Shown here: positions 1 to 9,564 of the stretch, piece after piece | Layout: each line of letters opens with the position of its first letter | How positions within the stretch are numbered: position 1 is the stretch's first letter | Source of the DNA: an uncultured Lachnospiraceae bacterium | GTDB taxonomy: Bacteria > Bacillota > Clostridia > Christensenellales > UBA1242 | Length of the DNA: 64,000 nt | Assembly (NCBI GenBank): GCA_964594865.1 | Contig: CAZQMZ010000002.1 | Location: 1,607-65,606, forward strand | Reading direction: 5' to 3' | The notes under the pieces: model-generated | Databases searched by the model: none | Seen by the model: only the letters and a program-made list of their open reading frames with translations | Told to the model about the DNA's origin: nothing | Program-made: the position numbers and the translations under genes

Positions 1-1
1 A

Positions 2-325
2 AAAGGAGAATTTGTTGGATACGGAAAAAAATATTGCGTCAATCGTGGTGGGTTGTTTGCGGTTGTGGCGCTTGGCTATGGCGACGGATTGAGAAGAAAT
101 TTGAGTGGAAAGTTTAAGGTGAAAATTAATGGGAAATCATATCACACTGTGGGCAACATTTGCATGGATGCTTTTTTCGTGAAAGTGGATGAAAATGTTT
201 CTGTTGGAGATGTTGTTGAAGTGATGACGGATGCAAACTATCTTGCAAAAATTGGCGACACCATTCCGTATGAAATTTTGACAGGCTTTTCAAATTTAAG
301 AGGAGAAATTTTGGTGGAAAAATGA
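2..325 (+). CDS. alr: alanine racemase, C-terminal fragment (5' end lies outside the window)
   Basis: Frame is open from the window edge. Translation GEFVGYGKKY..VALGYGDGLRRN..GNICMDAFFV..IPYEILTGFSNLRGEI fits the C-terminal domain pattern of PLP-dependent alanine racemases. Confidence 0.7.
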   Translation, partial: KGEFVGYGKKYCVNRGGLFAVVALGYGDGLRRNLSGKFKVKINGKSYHTVGNICMDAFFVKVDENVSVGDVVEVMTDANYLAKIGDTIPYEILTGFSNLRGEILVEK

Positions 326-406
326 ATTACAAAATTTTTTTAGTTGGTGAAAATAAAAACAAAAATGTTTGAAAAAAGGTTGAAAAAATGTTAATATAAT
401 TGCATG

Positions 407-949
407 ATGAGAATAAGTTCTGGAAAACATAAAGGGCGAAGATTGGTTGAGAATAAATTTTCTCACATAAGGCCAACCACGGACAAAGTCAGACAAGCGC
501 TATTCACGAAATTGCAATTCTTTTTGCCGGAGAAGGATGTGCTTGATTTGTTTTGTGGAACGGGAGCGATGAGCATTGAAGCGCTCAGCCGAGGGGCAAA
601 AAGTGTGACAATGGTAGACAAAGATTTTCGCAGTGTGGAAATGGCAAGGCAAAACTTGAAAAACATTGGCATTGAACAAAAGGTGATCAAGTGCGATGCG
701 CTTTTGTTTTTGGAAAAGTGTGATGCAAGTTTTGATTTAATCATCCTTGACCCGCCATATAAAAGCGGACTTTATGAAAGTGTTTTGGAAAAGATTTTTG
801 AGAAAAATTTGTTGAAGGATGATGGGATCATCGTTTGCGAACACGCCAAAGAAGATGAAATTGTTTGTGATAAGTTTGAAATTTTTGATGAGAAAAGATA
901 TGGAAACATTATGTTGACATATTTTCAAAAGATATCAAAAAATACGTAA
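407..949 (+). CDS. rsmD: 16S rRNA (guanine-N2)-methyltransferase RsmD
   Basis: MRISSGKHKGRRL N-terminus, SAM motif DLFCGTGAMSIEALSRGA and DPPY motif. Start 407 is preferred over 404 because TATAAT (395-400) lies just upstream and there is no SD. Confidence 0.85.
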   Translation: MRISSGKHKGRRLVENKFSHIRPTTDKVRQALFTKLQFFLPEKDVLDLFCGTGAMSIEALSRGAKSVTMVDKDFRSVEMARQNLKNIGIEQKVIKCDALLFLEKCDASFDLIILDPPYKSGLYESVLEKIFEKNLLKDDGIIVCEHAKEDEIVCDKFEIFDEKRYGNIMLTYFQKISKNT

Positions 950-1072
950 AAAACAATAAAAATTCGGTTATTTTTGATTTTTTATATTAATTTTTGCAAT
1001 TTTTATTTATTTTTTTAATTTTATTTTTATTATTTTTTCAAATTTTTTATATATTTTTATTTGTTTTTTTTT

Positions 1073-1106
1073 AAAAATACGTAATTTAATTTTTCGTATT
1101 TTTTAT
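1073..1106 (+). terminator. putative intrinsic terminator after rsmD
   Basis: AAAAATACG / CGTATTTTT stem with a 13-nt loop, followed by a T run. Confidence 0.45.
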
Positions 1107-1181
1107 TATCATTTTAGGAAATTAACATAAAAAATTCTCTTGCATATATTTTTCATATAGATTAAAGCAAGGAGAAAAAAT

Positions 1182-2915
1182 ATGTGCGGAATTTGTGCGG
1201 GGATTGGAAAGAAAAATGAGATAAAAAATGTTGTGATTGGTTTGAAAAAGTTGGAATATCGCGGTTATGACAGCAGTGGAATTGCCTTTTTAAATGGAGA
1301 TAAAATTGATTGCATCAAAAGCGTGGGGCAGATTAAAAATTTGGAACAAAAATTGACAAAGCTGTTGAATGAAAAGGTTGTGATTGGACACACAAGGTGG
1401 GCAACTCATGGAGAAGTCAGTGAAGAAAATGCTCATCCGCATATCTCGGCAAATGGTGAGTTTGCTTTGGTTCATAATGGCATTGTTGAAAATTTTGAAG
1501 AGTTGAAAAAAGAGATGTCTGTTGATTTTTATTCTCAAACGGACAGTGAAGTTTTTGTCAATTTGATTGCGTCGCAAAGTGGCACAGTGTTGCAAAAATT
1601 GATGAAGGCATGTGAAAAAGTTTCGGGCAGTTTTGCTGTGGCACTTTTGCACAAAGGTGACAACAAAATCTATCTTGCCAGACGACACAGTCCAATCATG
1701 GTTGCGGTGGATGAAAATGGTGCAATGGCAGGCAGTGACATCTCTGTTTTTGCAGGAAGGTTTGAGTTTTGTTATATTTTGGATGACGATGAATTTGCGG
1801 TTATGAATGAAAAAAATGTAACTTTTTTCAATAAAAACGGCGAAAAAATCAAAAAAAATCGCTTTTTTATTAAAAATTTTGATTTTTTTGAAGAAGAAAA
1901 TATGGAAAAATATTTTATGCTCAAAGAAATTAAAGAGCAACCTGTGGTTTTGAGAAGAACATATTTCAAATTATTTTCTGAAAAATTTCCTGTAGAAATT
2001 GAAAAAATAAAAAAATTTAAGAGTTTTCATTTTATTGCTTGTGGAACGGCATATCACAGTTGTCTTTTGGGTGCAAGGTTTGTGCAAGAGTTTTGCAAAA
2101 AAGAATGCAAAGTTTCCATTGCCAGTGAATTTAGATATGACAACAACATTTTTTCCAAAAACTGTCTTTATGTTTTTGTCAGTCAAAGCGGTGAAACGGC
2201 GGACACCATTGCGTGTGCAAGTTTGGTTAAAGAGCATGGAATGTCGGTGATGTGTGTGACAAATGTTCCATATTGTTCACTCAATAAAATTGCTGACTTC
2301 ATTTTGCCGACCTATGCTGGTCGCGAAGTGGCGGTGGCTTCAACAAAGGCCTACACTGCGCAGGTCTTCACACTTCTTATTTTTGCGTTGAAAATTGCAG
2401 GAATGGAGAGTCAAAGATTGAGAAACTTTGTGCAATCAAATTTTTTGGAATCATTTGACGAGAAATTGATTTCTCAAATAAGCAGTTTCAAAAAAATCTT
2501 TTTTATTGGGCGTCAACAAGATTATGTCACTGCTTTGGAAGGAGCACTGAAACTTAAAGAGATTGCTTATATAAATTGTTTAGGTTTGCCAGCGGGAGAA
2601 CTTAAACACGGCACACTTGCTCTTATTGACGATGAAACTTTGGTTGTTGCCATTTCCACTCAAAAAAATTTGAAAGAAAAAATGGAGAGCAATATTTTGG
2701 AAATAAAGGCGCGCGGTGGAAAAATTTTTTTGCTTTCCAATTTCAAACATGATATCCATGTTGAATATTTTCTCTCTTTGCCTGACTTCGAGCAGTTTCT
2801 TATGCCGATTGTTTCAATCTTTCCTCTTCAACGACTTGCTTTTGAAATGGCGGTGAAGTTGGGATATAATCCAGATAAGCCAAGGAATTTGGCAAAATCA
2901 GTCACGGTGGAATGA
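1182..2915 (+). CDS. glmS: glutamine--fructose-6-phosphate aminotransferase
   Basis: N-terminal MCGI catalytic Cys, two SIS-domain regions, C-terminal KSVTVE. SD AAGGAG lies upstream. Confidence 0.95.
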   Translation: MCGICAGIGKKNEIKNVVIGLKKLEYRGYDSSGIAFLNGDKIDCIKSVGQIKNLEQKLTKLLNEKVVIGHTRWATHGEVSEENAHPHISANGEFALVHNGIVENFEELKKEMSVDFYSQTDSEVFVNLIASQSGTVLQKLMKACEKVSGSFAVALLHKGDNKIYLARRHSPIMVAVDENGAMAGSDISVFAGRFEFCYILDDDEFAVMNEKNVTFFNKNGEKIKKNRFFIKNFDFFEEENMEKYFMLKEIKEQPVVLRRTYFKLFSEKFPVEIEKIKKFKSFHFIACGTAYHSCLLGARFVQEFCKKECKVSIASEFRYDNNIFSKNCLYVFVSQSGETADTIACASLVKEHGMSVMCVTNVPYCSLNKIADFILPTYAGREVAVASTKAYTAQVFTLLIFALKIAGMESQRLRNFVQSNFLESFDEKLISQISSFKKIFFIGRQQDYVTALEGALKLKEIAYINCLGLPAGELKHGTLALIDDETLVVAISTQKNLKEKMESNILEIKARGGKIFLLSNFKHDIHVEYFLSLPDFEQFLMPIVSIFPLQRLAFEMAVKLGYNPDKPRNLAKSVTVE

Positions 2916-2961
2916 TAATAAAACAGTTAAGTAAAAAAAATTAATTTTTTTTCAAAAACGC

Positions 2962-2988
2962 TTGACATTGCGGGGGGGGTGCTAAAAT
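2962..2988 (+). promoter_or_regulatory. promoter of the TM2-domain gene with a G8 run (2972-2979) in its spacer
   Basis: TTGACA (2962-2967), a 15-nt spacer, then TGcTAAAAT extended -10 (2980-2988). Eight of the spacer bases are G. Confidence 0.5.
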
Positions 2989-3018
2989 GTTTATGAAATC
3001 TATTTTAAGGAGATGAAA

Positions 3019-3528
3019 ATGAAGATCATAAAAATCACTGAAGAAAATGTTTTGATTGGCACTGACGAGGGACAAGTTTTGCAAATGAAAAAACAAGATT
3101 TGGGGTTTGAACCAAAACTTGGTATGGAAGTGGAGAAATATTCTTCGGACAGCGAAATTATCATAACTCCAAAACAGTTTGCGGTTAACGAAGAGCCTAA
3201 ACGCAAGGAAAGCGATGTAAATATGGAAGAAGCTTTGAAAAAAGGGATTGTTGTCAATGTTTCAAACACCAACACCACCGATTTAAGCAACAAATATTCA
3301 GATAATAATACATACGCGCAATCAGGTAAGGTTGTCAACAAATTGGTCTATGTGCTTTTGGCCATCTTCCTTGGTTGGTTTGGCTTGCACAAATTTTATG
3401 CAGGCAAGGCTTCTGGGGTCATTTACTTGCTGTTTTTCTGGACAGGTATTCCGTGCTTTATTTCCTTAATTGAAGGAATTATGGCATGTTTCAAACCATC
3501 AGACAGCAGGGGAAATATTGTCGTCTAG
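3019..3528 (+). CDS. TM2 domain-containing membrane protein
   Basis: C-terminal NKLVYVLLAIFLGWFGLHKFYAGK..GVIYLLFFWTGIPCFISLIEGI is the typical two-helix TM2 pattern. GGAG lies 6 nt before ATG 3019. Confidence 0.7.
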   Translation: MKIIKITEENVLIGTDEGQVLQMKKQDLGFEPKLGMEVEKYSSDSEIIITPKQFAVNEEPKRKESDVNMEEALKKGIVVNVSNTNTTDLSNKYSDNNTYAQSGKVVNKLVYVLLAIFLGWFGLHKFYAGKASGVIYLLFFWTGIPCFISLIEGIMACFKPSDSRGNIVV

Positions 3529-3531
3529 ATT

Positions 3532-3562
3532 AAAAAAAACAAGTGTGCTCACTTGTTTTTTA
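3532..3562. terminator. bidirectional intrinsic terminator
   Basis: A run, ACAAGTG / CACTTGT stem, then T run. Lies between convergent genes. Confidence 0.7.
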
Positions 3563-3568
3563 TATGCT

Positions 3569-4297
3569 TTAAATTTCTGGTTCAAAATTTTCGAAGATGA
3601 CGTTGTCACAATATTTCACCACACGCATATATTCTTTTTTGCTGTCCACAGGCCAGGCAAGCAATGGCAGGTTTTTGAATTTTTTGACAATGCGATTTGG
3701 AAGGGTGGAAGATTCGTAGGCGATGAAATGTGGTTCGCTTACAGTTTTGTTTAGACGCATTCTTTTCAGCAAAAACTTTTTTATCCACGCTAACTTTGTT
3801 CCCTTGAAACTGCCAGAAAGTTGACCGCGGATGATTTGTGGAGCGTGTTTTTTGAAGTAAGCGAGAGAATATGGATTGAAAGACTGAACGGCATATTCAC
3901 CTTTATAATTCTTCAAAAGGTCAATCACAGCTTGCTCAAGTTTGCCAACCTTGTGTTGATTTTTGATTTCAATCAAAATTGGCACTCTGGAATTGACAAA
4001 ATTCAAGACTTCTTGCAGTGTTGGAATGCAGTCTTTTGTTCCACCAAGTTTGAGAGATTTCAAGTCTTCTTTGTTGAGATATTTCAAATATCCATCATTC
4101 CCTGTCATACGTGCGAGAGATTCATCATGAAAAACGGCAACTGTTCCATCGGCAAGAAGATGAACATCAAGTTCAATGGCATAGCCTTTTTCAATGGCAT
4201 TTGCAAATGCCGACATTGAATTTTCAGGCACATTTTTTGTGTGAAAACCACGATGAGCAATTGGTGTTTCCACCAGCCAAGTTTTGAATAAATCCAT
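3569..4297 (-). CDS. glycerophosphodiester phosphodiesterase family protein
   Basis: IAHRGFH..ENSMSAF..GYAIELDVHLLADGTVAVFHDESL motifs. SD AAAGGTGG precedes ATG 4297. Confidence 0.85.
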   Translation of the reverse strand: MDLFKTWLVETPIAHRGFHTKNVPENSMSAFANAIEKGYAIELDVHLLADGTVAVFHDESLARMTGNDGYLKYLNKEDLKSLKLGGTKDCIPTLQEVLNFVNSRVPILIEIKNQHKVGKLEQAVIDLLKNYKGEYAVQSFNPYSLAYFKKHAPQIIRGQLSGSFKGTKLAWIKKFLLKRMRLNKTVSEPHFIAYESSTLPNRIVKKFKNLPLLAWPVDSKKEYMRVVKYCDNVIFENFEPEI

Positions 4298-4430
4298 AAG
4301 CATTCCACCTTTAAACAACCGAAAATAAATTTGATATTTAAATCATTTTATCTTTTTTCTCAACTTTTGTCAATTGTTCGCACAATTTTTCGCTATTTTT
4401 AACACTTATTATTGTTTCTAATGATTTATT

Positions 4431-7400
4431 TTATGCTTTTTTGTTTTCTTTTATAAATTTTTTGATCGTGTCGAGTCTGGCTTTTGCGTCCGCTTTGCTT
4501 TCTTCAAGCATTTTGCTGGCTTCTTCGCCTTTAAGTTCTTTGATTGCGCTGAACCGACTTTCTCCACTTAAAAAGTCGTCATATTTTTCAAAATCGCTGA
4601 CGCTGTCGAGTGAGAGATTGTCGTCGTTTGGGTTATATCTCAAAAGTGACCAATATCCGCTCTCAACCGCTTTGCGCATTTCGGTCATCGTTTCGCTCAT
4701 GTCAAAACCGTGACTAACGCAAGGGGAATATGCCACAATCAAACTTGGACCGTCAAAACTTTCTGCTTCTTTGAAGGCTTTTATGCATTGCGTCATGTTT
4801 GCACCAAGAGAAACCTGTGCAACATAGCAATTTTTCGACGCGATTGCAAGTGCCACCAAATCTTTCTTTTTCGTCTTTTTGCCAGAGGTTGCAAACTTCA
4901 CCATCGCTCCACGTGGAGTCGATTTTGATGCCTGTCCACCGGTGTTGGAATATACCTCTGTGTCCAAAACCAAAATATTGACGTTTTCTTTGCAGTTCAA
5001 AACATGGTCGAGTCCACCATATCCAATGTCATATGCCCAGCCGTCACCACCGATAAGCCAAACACTTTGCTTTTCGTTTGGAGAGGAATATTCACTTCCA
5101 AGTTTGATGCCAAGACCAAATTCGGCATTATCTTCAAAGAGAGAGTTTGCCCATGCAGGACCTTTTCCATTTTCGTCTTTGAAATATGGGCAAGACGGAT
5201 ATGATCCGCCATAGATGCTCGAACATCCTGTTGCATTGGCAATGACCATGCGCTCTCCAAACAAGGTGGTTGCAAGGCGAATGTATGGCGTTTCTCCACA
5301 GCCTCCGCATGCACCAGAGAAACCAAAATAACAATCCTTAAACTGCAAACCTTTTGGAAGGTCGGTGGAAAATGGTGTTTCCTTTTCTGTTTTCAAAGTT
5401 TTGGTGAGAGCATAGTTTTTCTTCTCTTCTTCCATAAGTTCATCTGCCATGTGCATGACAAGCGCTTTCTCTTTGGCAAGGCAAGTTTTGGCACAAACTC
5501 CACAGCCAGTGCAATCTTCTGGACTGACCTGCAGTCGATAATAACATCCATTCATGCCGAAAGCGGAAGCAAATTCAAGCTCTTGTGGCGTTTGACCTTT
5601 GACGAGCACAGGACGTATGGCATTGTGTGGGCAGGCAATGACGCATTGACCGCATTGAATACAGTTTTTTGGAAGCCATTTTGGAAGGTGTCCAGCGAAA
5701 CCACGTTTTTCAAAGTCTGCTGTTCCTTGTGGAATTTTTCCACTTTTTTCGAATGCTGAAACAGGAACTTTGTCGCCTTCCAATTTTTCAATTGGTTTCA
5801 TAACCGATTGGTAGAATTTGTCGTTGATGTTTTTGTCGGTCAAATTGATGCCTTTGAAAGTGAACTTTGAAACATCCACTTTTTGCAATCTTTCAACAGC
5901 ACCACGTGATGCTTTCAAGTTTTTCTCAACAACTTTTTTACCTTTTTTGGAAAAGGTGTCTTTGATATATTTTTCAATCTGCAAGGTGGCGTCTTGGAAG
6001 TCGATTATGCCAGCAATTTTGAAAAGTGCTGTTTGCATGATCATGTTGATTTTGTTGCCAAGCCCACATTCTTCCGCCAACTTCATAGCGTTGATGACAT
6101 AGAGTGTTGCATGTTTTTCTTGCAAAGTTTTCTTATATATATCCGGCAAAATCTTGTCCACTTCATCAGCACTGAAAATGGTGTTGATCAGCACATTGCC
6201 GTTTTCCTTCAAGCCTTCAAGACAGTTATATCTGTGCACAAACGAAAAATTGTTGATGGTGATGATGTCAGCATTGTCCACGAGATAGGTGCTTTTGATT
6301 GGAGTGTCGCTGACACGGATGTGCGAGCGGGTGAGACTTCCACTCTTCTTGCTGTCATATTCGAAATAACCTTGAACATATTTGTCAAGTTCTTCGCCGA
6401 GAATTTTGATTGTGCTTTTGCTTGCCGACACTGTGCCGTCAGAGCCCAAACCCCAAAACTTCATTTGAAAAGCATTTGTTTTGGATTTATAATCACTGAT
6501 TGGAAGTGAAGAGTGTGACACATCGTCGACAATTCCAACGGTGAAGTCATCTTTTTGCATATCAAAATTTTTGATGACTGCTTCAACCATGGCAGGAGTG
6601 AAATCTTTTCCGCCAAGTCCATAGCGTCCGCCCAAAACTTTGATGTTTGGACGATCTCTCAGTGCGGTGACAACATCAAGATAGAGAGGATCACGTGCAC
6701 CACACTCTTTTGTTCTGTCCAAAACAATCACTTCTTCCACACTTTGTGGCAACATTTTTGAAAATTGAGCATACTCAAACGGGCGATATAGATGTGCGTT
6801 GACAAGCGCAACATCTTTGAAATTTTTGTCTGTTGAAAGCACTTCTTCAATACATTCACAAGAAGACCCCATGCTGACAATCACTTTTTTCGGTTTCTTT
6901 GCACCAATTAGGTCATATGGCAAATATGTTCTGCCTGTGAGAGCGAAGAACTCTTTCAAAATGTCATTCAAGATGGAATGAATGTTGACATAGGAAGGAG
7001 AAGAAGCTTCGCGATTTTGGAAAAATACATCTGGATTTTGTGAAGTGCCTTTTTGATATGGGGCGTCAGGCGTCAGGCGTCCGCTTCGGAACTTTTCAAT
7101 TTCATCAAGTGGAAGCATTTTTTTGATGACTTCATCCGAAATTATCTCAATCTTTTGCGTTTCATGTGATGTTCGAAAACCATCAAAAAAATGAATGACA
7201 GGCAAGGATGTCTTATATGCAAGAACATGTGCAATCAAAGCAAAATCGTGTGCTTGTTGAACAGAAGAAGATGAAAGCAAAATACATCCCGTCGCTCTGG
7301 TTGCCATGACATCACTGTGATCGCCAAAAATGGAAAGAGCATGAGTGGAAATGGTGCGTGCTGAAACATGCAAAACGCAAGGCAGGTGTTCACCGGCAAT

Positions 7401-7724
7401 TTTATATAAATTTGGAATCATAAGAAGCAGTCCTTGGCTGGAAGTGAAAGTTGTGGACATTGCACCAGCGCACAGACTTCCATGAAGAGTTCCGGATGCA
7501 CCACCTTCAGATTGCATTTCCATCAAAGTTGGAAGTTTGCCAAAAATGTTGAGATGTCCGTTTGCGAGTTCACTATCGCAATACTCCGCCATTGGTGATG
7601 ACGGTGTGATTGGATAGATTGGAATGACCTCGGAAAGTTTGTATGCAATCATGGCGGTGGCAGTGTTTCCATCCACAACCCTTTTTAATATTTTCTCATC
7701 AATATGATTTTTCAAATCAGGCAC
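4431..7724 (-). CDS. nifJ: pyruvate:ferredoxin (flavodoxin) oxidoreductase
   Basis: 1097-aa single-chain PFOR. Two ferredoxin-type CxxCxxCxxxCP motifs (CIQCGQCVIACP, CTGCGVCAKTC) and the TPP-binding GGDGWAYDIG motif. GTG start with SD GGGAGGA. Confidence 0.95.
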   Translation of the reverse strand: MPDLKNHIDEKILKRVVDGNTATAMIAYKLSEVIPIYPITPSSPMAEYCDSELANGHLNIFGKLPTLMEMQSEGGASGTLHGSLCAGAMSTTFTSSQGLLLMIPNLYKIAGEHLPCVLHVSARTISTHALSIFGDHSDVMATRATGCILLSSSSVQQAHDFALIAHVLAYKTSLPVIHFFDGFRTSHETQKIEIISDEVIKKMLPLDEIEKFRSGRLTPDAPYQKGTSQNPDVFFQNREASSPSYVNIHSILNDILKEFFALTGRTYLPYDLIGAKKPKKVIVSMGSSCECIEEVLSTDKNFKDVALVNAHLYRPFEYAQFSKMLPQSVEEVIVLDRTKECGARDPLYLDVVTALRDRPNIKVLGGRYGLGGKDFTPAMVEAVIKNFDMQKDDFTVGIVDDVSHSSLPISDYKSKTNAFQMKFWGLGSDGTVSASKSTIKILGEELDKYVQGYFEYDSKKSGSLTRSHIRVSDTPIKSTYLVDNADIITINNFSFVHRYNCLEGLKENGNVLINTIFSADEVDKILPDIYKKTLQEKHATLYVINAMKLAEECGLGNKINMIMQTALFKIAGIIDFQDATLQIEKYIKDTFSKKGKKVVEKNLKASRGAVERLQKVDVSKFTFKGINLTDKNINDKFYQSVMKPIEKLEGDKVPVSAFEKSGKIPQGTADFEKRGFAGHLPKWLPKNCIQCGQCVIACPHNAIRPVLVKGQTPQELEFASAFGMNGCYYRLQVSPEDCTGCGVCAKTCLAKEKALVMHMADELMEEEKKNYALTKTLKTEKETPFSTDLPKGLQFKDCYFGFSGACGGCGETPYIRLATTLFGERMVIANATGCSSIYGGSYPSCPYFKDENGKGPAWANSLFEDNAEFGLGIKLGSEYSSPNEKQSVWLIGGDGWAYDIGYGGLDHVLNCKENVNILVLDTEVYSNTGGQASKSTPRGAMVKFATSGKKTKKKDLVALAIASKNCYVAQVSLGANMTQCIKAFKEAESFDGPSLIVAYSPCVSHGFDMSETMTEMRKAVESGYWSLLRYNPNDDNLSLDSVSDFEKYDDFLSGESRFSAIKELKGEEASKMLEESKADAKARLDTIKKFIKENKKA

Positions 7725-7839
7725 TGTTTCATCCTCCCTGTTTATCTTATAATATAAGAATAAGACTTTTTTTTGTCTATGTCAAATTTATTTCAAATTT
7801 TTATTTGTCTTATGCTCTGTTTTTTGTTAAAATAATGCC

Positions 7840-8580
7840 ATGAGAAAGATTAAAATCACGTTGGAATATAATGGAAGCGATTTTCACGGTTGGCAAAGGC
7901 AGGACGGAAAACGTACAGTGCAGGGGGAGCTTGAAAATGCTTTTCTTTCTTTGACGGGAGAGATCGTTAAGGTGGAAGGAAGTGGCAGGACGGACGCGGG
8001 CGTTCATGCACTTGGACAAGTGGCAAGTGTGGAAATTGAAAGTGTCATTCCTTTGAAAAACATCAAAAAAGCACTCAACGACCTCTTGCCGACAGATGTG
8101 AGAGTGTGCAAAGTGGAAAGTGCAAAAGAAGATTTCCATGCACGCTTTTCAGCCAAGAGAAAGACTTATGAATATATTGCACAAGTGGGCGGGCAGAGAA
8201 GTGCAATCAATCACAATCTTCAAGGGTTTTATCCATATGATGTGGACATAAAGAAAATGAAAGAAGTGTCTAAACTTCTCATTGGAAAACATAATTTCAA
8301 AGGCTTTTGCAGTGCAAACACAACCGTGACAAATTTTGAGCGAGAGATTTTTGATATAAAAATTTCAAAAAGTGGTCATATTTTCAAGTTTGTTGTGACA
8401 GGAAATGGATTTTTATATAACATGGTGCGAATTATTGTTGGAACTCTTTTGGATGTTGGACGCGGTAAATTGACAAAACAAGATGTTCAAAAGGCGCTTG
8501 AAACAGGAGAACGAAAATTTGCCGGCATAACTATGGAAGCTTCTGGGCTTTATTTGAAAAAGGTGGAATATAAAAAATAA
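7840..8580 (+). CDS. truA: tRNA pseudouridine(38-40) synthase
   Basis: YNGSDFHGWQRQ and GSGRTDAGVHALGQV catalytic Asp motif. Confidence 0.95.
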   Translation: MRKIKITLEYNGSDFHGWQRQDGKRTVQGELENAFLSLTGEIVKVEGSGRTDAGVHALGQVASVEIESVIPLKNIKKALNDLLPTDVRVCKVESAKEDFHARFSAKRKTYEYIAQVGGQRSAINHNLQGFYPYDVDIKKMKEVSKLLIGKHNFKGFCSANTTVTNFEREIFDIKISKSGHIFKFVVTGNGFLYNMVRIIVGTLLDVGRGKLTKQDVQKALETGERKFAGITMEASGLYLKKVEYKK

Positions 8581-8612
8581 TTTTATCAATTGCTTGATAA
8601 AATTATTTTTTT
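8581..8612. terminator. bidirectional hairpin terminator
   Basis: TTTTATCAA / TTGATAAAA stem, loop TTGC, followed by a T run. Confidence 0.6.
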
Positions 8613-8626
8613 TGTAAATTTTTTAT

Positions 8627-9427
8627 TTATGAAAGGGTTTTATAGATCAAATTCAAATAGAAAGTTTCATCGCCAATCAAAAATTCAAAAGTGATTTTGT
8701 AGGTGCCGTTTGAATATGTGACGGTGTAGTCATCGGAAGAGATGTCTTCTTGGAAGAGAAGTCCGCCGTTGAAAGTGAATGACTGCACACTTGTTCCATA
8801 AATGAACACACAAACCGCTCTCACATTTTGGGTGGTTGAAGGAGAAAGTTTGAGCACACTGCTGATGTTTTCCGTCGTCACAAGCACTCCGTCTTTGATG
8901 GAAACATTTGAAGTGGAATAGATTGTTGAAAGTGAAGTCGAACCTTGCGAAATATTGATGGATGACGCGGTCATGATTTCTGCTTGCGATTCAGAATCTT
9001 CTTCTCCATCACTGTCAGCTGTGGTTGAAATGAAGAAATAGTCGAGTTTGACATACACAATGTTGTTTTCGGCGAAAACGGCATAATATTCACCTTGTGT
9101 GCTGGAGCTTGACGAGAAAGTCAAAGTGCTTTTGGAGATTTCTCCGCTGTCGTCTTCGGTGTTGGAAATGGAATATGTTCCGCCACTTGTCAAAATTGTG
9201 TTTTGGCGAACCCAAGCAATGAAGTGACTGCCTTTGAGTGCTGTTGCCGTCAGTGTGACTGTTGAACCTTCTGAATATGAACCCTTGCCGGACACAGAAC
9301 CGTATATTGTCGAACTTGAATAGACATTCACGGTGTATGAAACACTCTCATCGCAGCCAAAAAGGGCGACAAGTGGCAATATTAGTATTGACAAAAGCAA
9401 CATTGAAAACTTTTTCTTCATATTCAC
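8627..9427 (-). CDS. lipoprotein with an InlB B-repeat-like domain
   Basis: Signal peptide with lipobox LFGC. YTVNVYSS..GSVSGKGSYSEGSTVTLTATALKGSHFIAW resembles the divergent InlB B-repeat pattern. Confidence 0.55.
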   Translation of the reverse strand: MNMKKKFSMLLLSILILPLVALFGCDESVSYTVNVYSSSTIYGSVSGKGSYSEGSTVTLTATALKGSHFIAWVRQNTILTSGGTYSISNTEDDSGEISKSTLTFSSSSSTQGEYYAVFAENNIVYVKLDYFFISTTADSDGEEDSESQAEIMTASSINISQGSTSLSTIYSTSNVSIKDGVLVTTENISSVLKLSPSTTQNVRAVCVFIYGTSVQSFTFNGGLLFQEDISSDDYTVTYSNGTYKITFEFLIGDETFYLNLIYKTLS

Positions 9428-9564
9428 ACCAATACCTATTAAATATGATAACTAAATTTGTGAAAAAATGCAAACTTTTATTGATGGTTTCAACAAAAAT
9501 TTCATTTAAATTTTGAGTATTTTTAAAGTGCTTGCATAAAATACCTTTTGTAAGGAGTTTTTTT

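Noticed and set aside
3470-3754. 94-aa plus-strand ORF crossing the TM2-gene terminator into the glycerophosphodiesterase gene.
   Set aside because: It spans a bidirectional terminator and lies antisense to a well-supported gene. It has no SD.
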